Shown here piece after piece: positions 54,201 to 64,000 of a DNA stretch of 64,000 nt. The stretch comes from Balanoglossus misakiensis (lineage: Eukaryota > Animalia > Hemichordata), in assembly GCA_040954595.2 (NCBI GenBank), contig CM082580.2:11546909-11610908 (forward strand), given 5' to 3'. The position numbers and the translations under genes were made by a program. Below the pieces are notes generated by a model. The model made no database searches. It was given only the letters and a program-made list of their open reading frames with translations, and was not told the origin of the DNA. Each line of letters starts with the position of its first letter. The first letter of the stretch is position 1.

Positions 54201-57200
54201 ACTCAAGTATGGTATCTTAGGTTAGTTTTACATAAGGACAAAAATGTTTGAGTTGTATAATGATAAATGCACAAGGATCTTCAGTATGTGATTCTTTGAA
54301 AACTCCCATGATCTACTGTTTTATGATTGGTAAGAGAATACAGCTAACATACTTTTTATTCACTCACTAATGGTTCTATAATTACCCAGCAAAGTCGTAA
54401 GGAGTTTTTCAATATGTCAAAACGATCTTTTGTCTTGATTTGTCAATTTTAGATGACATTTGTGACTTTGAAGATAACGCTTTGTGTGGAGGTGTACAGG
54501 ATCCAGCGGATGATTTTGATTGGACGTTGGGCAGTGGAGGTATCGTACCTACCCTTCCAAATGATCACACATATACAACGAATTCAGGTATGTGTCTATC
54601 TAGAGAAATGTCATGGGGAAACTGGTCACAGATTCAAATCACATGATCTTCATCCGTGGTCCATGAATCTGGTGTGGTCTAGATCATTGGACGACAGGAT
54701 TGGCCAAATCAGTCCACTTGATCACCAGATTGGCCAATCTCTCCATGATCGTCGGATCAAAGATTGGTCTAATCTGTCCCAATCACCAGACTCAGGGTTG
54801 GGCTGATCAGTGATCTGTCCAGATGCACCGGACCACATGGTGTGTGTGGTCTAAATCGTTTGGTCAGCCTTGGCCAATCTGTCCCAATCATTGGACCATG
54901 GAGAAGAATAATCTGAATCTATCTTCCAGCAAGGAAGGATGCCTCAAGTTAAACCGGTATACATGTACCCATCCAATCATTCATTTATTCATTCATTCAT
55001 TCATTACAGGTCATTATCTGTACATCCAAAGTGGTGATGGCAATGTTGGTGACAAAGCAAGATACTGGTCTCCTAGTTACACTGCTTCCACCAACAAGCA
55101 GTGCCTGACGTTCTACTACAACAATGATGGTGCTGACATTGCCACCCTGAATGTGTTCAGTAGTATCCAAGGCAACCTGGGCCAAGTCTTGTGGTCCCGA
55201 AACTCTGAGCAAGGAGATGGTTGGATTATTGGTCAGGTGACCGTTGATAGTGTTGGTGATTATCAGATAGTGTTTGAGGCAGTTTGTGGTAGTGGAACAT
55301 CTGGATACTTGGCTATTGATGACTTCTATCTCACTGATGGAGAGTGCTATGGTCAAGGTAATATTACAATACTTTTTATTTTACCAATTATACATCCTTA
55401 ATGTTGCTTGCCAATTTAATGTGATCACTGATGTTCCTACTGCACACAGGGGAATGTGATTTTGAGAATGGTCGTTGTACTTGGAGCAATGAGCAGGTGA
55501 ATGATGAACTGGAGTGGTTACTCAATAAAGGTTCAACGTCAACAACAAAGAGCGGACCAGAAACGGATCACACTCTGGGCAATGAAAACGGTAATGTGAA
55601 ATCTGAATTGTCAAATTTTTTATGGTGTCCGTGTCACTTATTTCGTGGTTATGATAATGTGGGAAGATAAAATGTTCTGTACTTCATTATCATGTTCTGT
55701 GATGCACTTACATCACAGTTTGTGTGCTTTAGTACATCATCACCACATGCATGAATTTGTGTTTAATACATCTCCATATTTCGTGTACTAATGATCTATT
55801 GTGTCATATTTCAGGCACATATCTCTATTTTGAAAGCTCAAATGCAGCCATCGGCTCAAGGGCAGTGTTGATCAGCGAGCCATTCATGGAACTGCCGGGC
55901 AGCTACAAATGCCTGGAGTTCTGGTACCACATGAGAGGACCATCAGTTGGAACGCTCCAGATTGACCAATTAATTGGAGTGAATAAAACGGTTGTGTGGT
56001 CACTGACTGGTGAACAAGACGATGATTGGTTGTATGGTAGAGTGAGTCTTTACCAAGACAGTGACTACCAGGTATAAATGCCTGTAGATTACTTATATCT
56101 ACTCAAAAGGCTTAAATCCTCTGGGTCTCCCTTTATGATTTCCTGACCCTTTTAGAACCACAAGTCCCTGAATGCCTTTTTTGGAAGTTTTATTCTGTGT
56201 GGTCAGAGATACGCATGCTCCTACCGGAACTGGTAAACTTCGTAATTTATTTCAACACAAACTTTATTCACTATTTGTCAACTTCTTTTGTCAGATTATT
56301 TTTACTGTTGTGTCTGGAGGGAGCAAAGGAGATGTTGCACTTGATGACATAGCGACTACAGATGGCTACTGTGCAGGTATAGTACGGCTTTAAATGTATA
56401 TTCGAACATTCGATAAATATTACTGTACCCAACGTTAGGTGATTTTGTGGTTTGTATTTTTGGCACATGAACTGGTTAGAACTTATTTGTACATTGTGTT
56501 CATGCACACATTAATAATATTTCATATTCATATTCAAACACTAAAATCTATGTTTTCAGCATTTCCTGACGGTGCCGCGCCCACTTCTCCACCGACTTCT
56601 GCATCAGCCACCACGGCTGGGTTCACCACCATTGTAACGCCCATGCCCATTGGTCCAGATAATTGCGACTTTGAAACAGGGCTGTGTGATTGGTCACAAG
56701 TCAGCACCGATGATTTTAATTGGGTCAGACAGACTGGTCCAACGTCAAGTACTGCTACCGGTCCAACTGGGGATCACACTTCTGGCAGTAGGTGTTTTCA
56801 GTTTTAAAACTTGACGATATACAGTTTCAGTAACGGAAAGTATAATTGCTCATAATATAGAGGAAAAGAAATGCTGTCCAAAAGTGACATATTCAGTTCC
56901 TCTGGAGTACAAGCAATGTTTCAAGTGGTCTGTAACTGCAATAACTACTTTCTGTTCAAACAGGTGGATACTACATGTATATTGAAGCAAGCAACCAAGT
57001 TCTAGGCGACAAAGCTCAGCTGATCAGCACTCCGGTGGTGTCCAACAAAGATGCCTGTTTCCACTTCTGGTATCACATGTACGGTTCACACATGGGGACG
57101 CTGACCGTCTACACCGCCAGCGGCTCAGCACTTGGCAGTCCAATATGGACCAGAAGTGGAATGCAAGGCAGTGTCTGGAGATATGCATCTGTGACCATCA

Positions 57201-60200
57201 CTACGAGAGACCAGTTTCAGGTAAGGAAAACCATCACCAAGTTCTTTTCTATGTTTTTAATGAAACAGGTGCTTTTCACTGGCATTTGTACTGGTGCAAG
57301 ACACATCTAAGTTTCCATCACAGTTTAACCATAACTTGTGTTGTCTTGAAAACCGATTGATGAAACCATAGTGAGATTTTCTTTCTACTGCAGATTGTCA
57401 TCGAGGGTGAAGTTGGTGAGTCGTTTGAAAGTGATATTGCCATTGATGATGTCAGACTAGACTTCGGTCCTTGCCCACAAGGTTTGTGCTGTTGTACACT
57501 ATCGTTCACCATACTTTCTTAGATGTTTTGTGGGTGTCTTTGGTATCATTACTTCCATGTCATATGTTGTCCTCGCAATTGAAATCTTCTTTAATTGTCA
57601 GTTAGTGAACTGTACATTTATCAGTGTGACAATTCTCCACATGTATTTCTCACTCATATTCTCAATATAGTGACTCCGAGTCCCGGTGGATCGGTCAGAT
57701 ACTGTGACTTTGAAAACAGCTACGTTGCCTGTGGTTACGACCAGGAGTATGTGACTGATGACTTTGACTGGACCGAGGCCTCTGGTAGCACATCGTCAAC
57801 CGGCACAGGTCCAAGTGTGGACCATACAACTGGCACTAGTTCGGGTAGGTTTCTTGTTCAGGGCCATGTCTGCTCTATCACAGACACATCTCCAGGAATA
57901 CATGTTGTTATCACTAACTGTTGTAACAGGTAAGAAAGAGAATACAGTTTAAAAATTTATTGCTTTGTCCAAATAGGTATGTATTTGTACACTGAAACAT
58001 CTGCCCCTCGTATCACTGGTGACAGGAGTGTGCTGTACACTCCTGCCTATCCACAAACATCTGGAGATTGTCTGGATTTCTGGTATCACATGTATGGATC
58101 TAACATCGGTGAACTGCATGTATACACAAAGGTAAGCCTTCATTAAAGTTTTTCTCAAGAAAAAAGTCGAGTGGTTACAACAATTTCTGAGCTTAATTTC
58201 AGACTTTTTTCACTGGTATTTAAACTTGTAGGTGCGTCTTAACCAGTTAAATAGCATCTCTTATGTGTAGATGTAAAAAGTGTTCACTGCTGTTGAAAGT
58301 CTCTTGAAATGCATCATAACAATATCATCTTTGTCATAAATAAAATTACGCAAATCAGTTTGCTTTTCAGTATAAAGCTCCCCGAAACTTGTTTTACAGA
58401 CAAACAACCAACTCAGCAATCTCGTTTGGAGTAGAAGTGGCGACTTCGGTGATCGCTGGAATTTTGGTCAGGTTTCCTTGGTGACCAACGACATCTACCA
58501 GATCGTGTTTGAGTCAGTCAGAGGAGATGGTAGCTATGGTGATATCGCCCTTGATGATGTTTCTGTCAATGTCGGAGCTTGTGCAGTACCCGGAGAGTGT
58601 ACCTTTGAGAAGATTTCATGCACCTGGACAAATGTACAGGGAGACGACGATTTTGATTGGCTGGTGGGCAGTGGAAGCACCACCACACCTGGTACAGGAC
58701 CTTCGATCGACCACACTACTGGCACTAATGGTGGTAAGTAACTCGACTTTCGGGAATTTTCAACTTCTGAAACTTCTGAATATAATAGTCTGAGTTGTCC
58801 GTTCTTCAAAATTATCTTCCAAATCTGTAGGTTGAATAAGAATGCTGTATCCATTTTCACACTCATGCAAGCAAATATCAGAGATATTGCTGCCATCAGG
58901 GCAGATTGGTATAGTAGTGTACTTTTTGGGTGTTGCTCAAAAGCAGACAAACATGTGTTCTCTCTCTCCTGGAAGGTAAATATCTATATCTCGAGGCCAC
59001 AAATCAGCAAATGGCAGGAGAAGTGGCCAGATTGGTCAATCTGATATCAGAACCCACTTCACCATCTGGACACTGTTTGAAATTCTGGTACCACATGAAT
59101 GGGACTGATGTTGGCGCACTTCGAGTCGTGTTGAAGGAACAGTTTGGTATGGAACGTGTCATATGGGAGCTCTCTGAAGAGAATGAAGACGAATGGTTTG
59201 AAGGACAGGTTGGCATTGATACTGATCAGTATTATGAGGTATGTATGGTAATTAATGCTTAACTTTTTTTAACAACAATCTCAGTAACCTGACGAGTGTT
59301 TCAGTAAAAATATTTGTGTGGTATTAACATGTATCTATATATACAGAATATTGTTGTGAATGTTACAGCTGCTGAAACGTGGCAGGAAGGCTTTGAAAAT
59401 TCTTGTTTCAATTTCCTGTGTATTGTTTTATTCCCAGGTGTTCTTTGAAGGTGTCAGTGGCAATGGCGAGTTGGGTGATATAGCATTGGACGATATCTCG
59501 TTTGCTTATTCCTACTGTGGAAGTAAGTGATGATGATGATGATGACAATGATGATGATGATGATGATGATGACGATGACGACGATGATGACGATGACAAC
59601 GTCGACGACGACGACAACCATGCCCAGTTGGTACGCATCTTTTTATGAAGTTCTTGGTATTCTCTATACATCTAATTTTTATTTCACCTTTATTTCACCA
59701 TTGTGCATCAGTACAACCAATCGATGCTGTTCCGACTGCTGTACCCACCATACCACCAATGCCACCAACAACAACTGTACCAACGACAGGTAAGTTGTGA
59801 ATAACGTGATTACCTTTCTTTGTCAAGAACTTCACTGTTACTTAAGAAGTAGAATCTCAAAACATTTGACAGGATACTCCTCTGGTTTTACTGATCATGT
59901 ATTCTCAGAGGTAAATGGCTAATTCTTGCACTGTCATTGATAAACTGCTTTTGTACCCTTCATGTCAGCACCCCTGCCGTTTGATTGTGACTTTGAAACC
60001 AGTGCTTGTGGGTGGACGCAGGCCGCGTCTGACGATTTTGATTGGACAAGAAGCAGCGGAAGCACAAGCTCCGTTGACACGGGACCATCGTTCGATCACA
60101 CCATCGGTGATTCAAGTGAGTGAAGACATTTCAAAGTAGATGTACAGAGAACGATACTAGCTTGTTCCATGAATCTTCACAAGCAAACCAGCTGTCATAT

Positions 60201-63200
60201 AATGAAATTTTATTTGATCAAGAAGAACTTTGCTTTTATTCAATGAACTTGACTCTTTTTCGTGTTTACAGCTGGTTTCTACATGTACATAGAAACATCA
60301 GCACCACGTGTTCCTGGGGACGTTGCCTATCTCTATAGTCCTGAGGTTGCACCAGTTTCTGGCTCCAAATGCCTACAGTTCTGGTACCACATGTATGGGC
60401 AGCATGTGGATACCCTGAATGTGTATGTGGAGACAGGGCCATCTCTGACGACACCCGTGTGGACCAAGACCGGTACCCATGGCGATGTGTGGATAGAAGG
60501 CCTGGTTACCATAACAACTCTGAACAGGTTTAGGGTAAGTTAAATGTGGTCATCTCCACTGTGAAGTTGTTTATTTGAGTTTATCGATCCCATTTTTTTC
60601 TGTTGGTCAGTCATGCAAGTCAATTCATTGGATATAGTTTTGTTAACGATTACGGGCATTTTTGAACGACAGGTTGTATTTGAAGGCATAGTTGGATCAA
60701 GTTACCAAGGAGATGTGGCATTAGATGATATTGCAATCTTTGATGGAGACTGTCCACCACGTAAGCAAATTAGTGATTGGTCTATTGTAAACTTTATACA
60801 GATCAGCCATCCAGTCACTTTGTTCCTTCTGAAACCACCGGAATTCCAACAAATGATTTTAGCTTTCAATTGCCAATAAAAATTAAGAATGATAAATTCT
60901 GTTACCAAGGATACCGCTTTATTGTCATTCATCCATCTGAGCATGTTATTCTGCTGGAGAAAATACAATTTCTTGATCATTGTAATGTACTTTTTTCTTT
61001 CATTAAGCGGCTATGTTAAATCTGTGCAATTTTGAGAGTTCAGACATCTGCAGTTATACTCAAGATACAACGGATGATTTTGATTGGACGTGGGACAATG
61101 GTGGTACTCCGTCTGCAGGCACTGGACCATCTGTTGATCACACCTATGGCACGGCTGCAGGTCAGATGTTGTAGAAATCTTATTTTAATCATGCCCATTC
61201 CAGTGTGTAGATTTCTTTGTATTCCCAGTATGTCCTGCCAGCTCTTCATGAAGGGAGAAACTTTTGCACAATACGAATACTGTAAAATGCGAGAGCCAGA
61301 AAAATGCAAAAATTAATAGTTGTGAATTTTGACAATGCAGTTAGTGAAATAAGAGAACGTAAAAATTAACAGTCACCTCTTTTTCCCATTTTGCAGTATT
61401 TACAACTTTCTGATTCAAACACACATTTTTCTTCTATGTTTAATCTCCCCAGGATATTATATGTACGTGGAAACCTCTTCACCCCAGGTAGTTGGTGACA
61501 TAGCCAGACTCATGTCACCAATACTTGCACCAACTGGCAACTATTCCTGCGCCCAGTTCTGGTATCATATGTACGGAATCAACATGGGAACTTTGAATGT
61601 GTACGTCATGAAGAACGGGCAGCTGGGACCGGTCGTCTGGAGTCAGTCACAGGACCTTGGGGATCGCTGGAATCTGGGAAGGTTCAGTTTCCTTGGCGAT
61701 GATCAGTATCAGATTGTCTTTGAAGGAATCAGAGGAGCAGACTTTGAGAGTGACATTGCAGTTGATGATGTCATGATCACTACTGATGGTGAATGCTTAG
61801 TACCAGGTATTAATTATATATGACTGAATCTAATCATTATCATCCACCATCCATGTACTGCAGAGGCTAGATCAGTTTCAATTGGTAGATTTTGTATTTG
61901 GAAAATGTGAAAATTAATGTGTGTGTGTTTTAATTGCTCTGCTGTGCTGATTGCAGTTAATTGCCTTCTGCTATTCTTAATTTCACATTGTAGGTGCTTG
62001 TGACTTTGAGGAAAGTACATGTGCCTGGCAGAATGACCTGAGTAACGATGATTTTGATTGGGTCAGACAGAGTGGGGGAACAACATCTACTGGAACTGGA
62101 CCAAGTATTGATCATACCACTGGTACATCATCAGGTACGCTGTACAAAGAATGTGTTACATTTGAAAAACATTGTGACGAGAAGTTCTTCTAAAAACCGT
62201 ACATCGCATGATCAAAGTGTATTGTCTATGGTTAGCATACCATATAATTAGGGTTATTCCTTCCAAGGACTTCTTAGGGACAACTGTCTTTCATTAAACA
62301 GTTCAAAAATGGCATTAATCTGTGTTATCATTCCCAGGATATTATGTGTTCATTGAGACATCTTCACCCAGAGTTCCTGGTGAAGAAGCACAGTTTGTAA
62401 GTGAATTGATGGACGCAACTCCAGGCAATGGTACCTGTCTTCACTTCTGGTATCACATGTACGGTCAAACTGTTGGCACATTGCAAGTTATTGTCAGACC
62501 GTTGACTGGTTCAGATACGGATATTTGGATGGTGTCTGGTGATCAGGGCGACCAATGGCTGGAAGGACAAGTTAGGATCGACTCCAATGTTCAGTATCAG
62601 GTAAGTTTAAAGATGTCATCGGGAGTAAATATAAAAAGTGAATTTCAGTTGTTAAATAATCCATGGAAAAGTACAAGTGAAATGATAAGATATTGTTAAA
62701 GTGGGTGTTTTCTGCAAAAATGTGTTAATTCGTCATCCGAGGACAACCAAATGTTTGAAAAGGCAGAAGTAATCATAAAATCATTGTCTTATGCATATAC
62801 TTCATTTATCCTAGGTTATATTTATTGGTATAGTTGGCAGTAGTTACACTGGTGATATTGCCTTGGATGACATACTGTTTGATGATGTGACTTGTCCAAC
62901 ATTACCAAACGATGCAGTACCACCAACTCTACCACCGCCTATCCCAGGTAATGAATATGCTAAAACAGTTTTACTGTGCATTGACTGCTGGTGAATAGTT
63001 ATCTAAGAGCTCAGTAGAAATCTTCCTGCTTTTATTATCATGTATTCATGTTTTTGAGTGCTTGCATTATACACATAATTATTATTTATGTTTCAGGTGA
63101 TTGTGATTTTGAGATTGATACATGCACCTGGCAGAATGAACAGGGAAATGATGATTTTGATTGGGTGAGACAGAGTGGCGGAACATCGTCTACTGATACT

Positions 63201-63874
63201 GGACCAAGTGTTGATCATACAACTGGTACATCATCAGGTACGCATGTTACATTGTGTGGAGTTCTTCTGAGAAACCAACATCACAATATAAATGAAATCA
63301 TATTGTTTATGGTCAGCATACTATATAACGTTTCTTTGTCCAAGAACCATTTTAAAAATCAAGAAATACCCATGGTATGAAATCTCTGTTATCATTCCCA
63401 GGATATTATGTGTACATTGAGACATCTTCACCCAGAATTCCTGGTGAAGAAGCAGAGTTTGTAAGTGAATTGATGGACGCAACTCCAGGCAATGGTACCT
63501 GTCTTCACTTCTGGTATCACATGTACGGTCAAACTGTTGGCACTTTGCAAGTTGTTGTCAGACCATTGACTGGTTCAGATACGGATATTTGGATGGTGTC
63601 TGGTGATCAGGGCGACCAATGGCTGGAAGGACAAGTGACAATAAACTCAGATGTTCAGTACCAGGTAAGACACTGTAACATGGAAAGTGTTAAAAAAACT
63701 CAAGTACTCAAGTATGCGTATGTTTTCCTGATAAACAGTGCTTATCTTTAAGTGTTGATTTTGTTTGTTTGTTTCAGGTGGTATTTGTTGGTACAGTTGG
63801 CAATAGTTTTACTGGAGATATTGCTTTGGATGACATAGAGTTTAACATTGGAGCTTGTCCAATAATAGTGCCAG
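45235..63874 (+). CDS. Large secreted multi-MAM-domain protein (MALRD1/MLRP2-like), 5' part, continuing past the window
   Basis: Signal-peptide exon 45235-45292 ([20 protein letters not shown]), then 44 phase-consistent exons: 46737-46880, 47440-47557, 47696-47940, 48096-48218, 48432-48779, 49004-49144, 49306-49562, 49792-49876, 50006-50149, 50281-50398, 50549-50802, 51086-51214, 51521-51862, 52041-52181, 52422-52678, 53002-53083, 53259-53402, 53663-53780, 53930-54174, 54453-54587, 55010-55357, 55450-55590, 55815-56071, 56295-56376, 56560-56787, 56964-57220, 57394-57481, 57671-57844, 57977-58131, 58400-58733, 58976-59238, 59438-59522, 59712-59789, 59969-60115, 60272-60534, 60673-60760, 61008-61160, 61453-61806, 61994-62134, 62338-62600, 62815-62947, 63097-63237, 63402-63664, 63778-63874. 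Sixteen copies of the MAM signature CxFE..C..DDFDW..GPxxDHT..G.Y..CLxFWYHMYG..GDIAxDD. No stop codon is reached. Confidence 0.92.
54620..54902. repeat. Degenerate minisatellite (~33-bp unit) in a MAM-gene intron
   Basis: Recurring GATTGG(C/T)C(A)AATC..TCC..ATCA..GGA units at about 54699, 54729, 54761 and 54871. Confidence 0.6.
59528..59618. repeat. (GAT)n grading into (GAC)n microsatellite
   Basis: Starts immediately after the GTAAG of the donor at 59523. Confidence 0.95.
61994..63874 (+). repeat. Recent tandem duplication of one MAM module (MAM15 and MAM16)
   Basis: Exons 62338-62600 and 63402-63664 are nearly identical (offset 1064 nt), and their upstream introns still align. Confidence 0.85.
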
Positions 63875-64000
63875 GTAAGTGACTATTTCATACGTAATTT
63901 GTTGCTTGGGGTCGCTAGTACAGTTTAACAGTTACTGTAATGGAAACATTGAAAAATAATTATCTGTAAGATTTAAAGTGGTGAAGAAAATTATTCTTTT

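Noticed and set aside
54620-54902. Spaced repeats superficially like a CRISPR array
   Set aside because: Eukaryotic intron, degenerate units without unique spacers, and no cas genes.
59408-59793. Poly-Met and poly-Ser ORFs
   Set aside because: Translations of the (GAT/GAC)n microsatellite. Only 59438-59522 and 59712-59789 are exonic.

Overview
Intron-rich, AT-rich animal genomic DNA, most likely a marine invertebrate deuterostome such as a hemichordate or amphioxus (organism is inference only). I assembled five multi-exon genes by hand from splice signals and reading phase: EPS8 (+, ~7955-21671, with a possible alternative first exon at 6138), cytosolic/peroxisomal IDH1 (-, 30988-25290, C-terminal SKL), BARD1 (+, 31237-35133, head-to-head with IDH1), an SH3-PX-BAR sorting nexin of the SNX9/18/33 family (+, 35514-42544), and a large secreted multi-MAM protein (+, 45235 to beyond the window end, 16 MAM domains visible). 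Bases 1-6000 show no convincing coding sequence. The best leads are: a 312-bp intronic element whose centre is the reverse complement of its own circularised ends (DIRS ICR-like geometry); a frame-preserving EPS8 exon encoding a WH2-like motif; a candidate antisense secreted-peptide gene nested in a sorting nexin intron; an (A-B-C)x5 MAM array with exon-limited homogenisation; and a GC-AG first intron in IDH1. No database search could be run, so all novelty claims are unverified.
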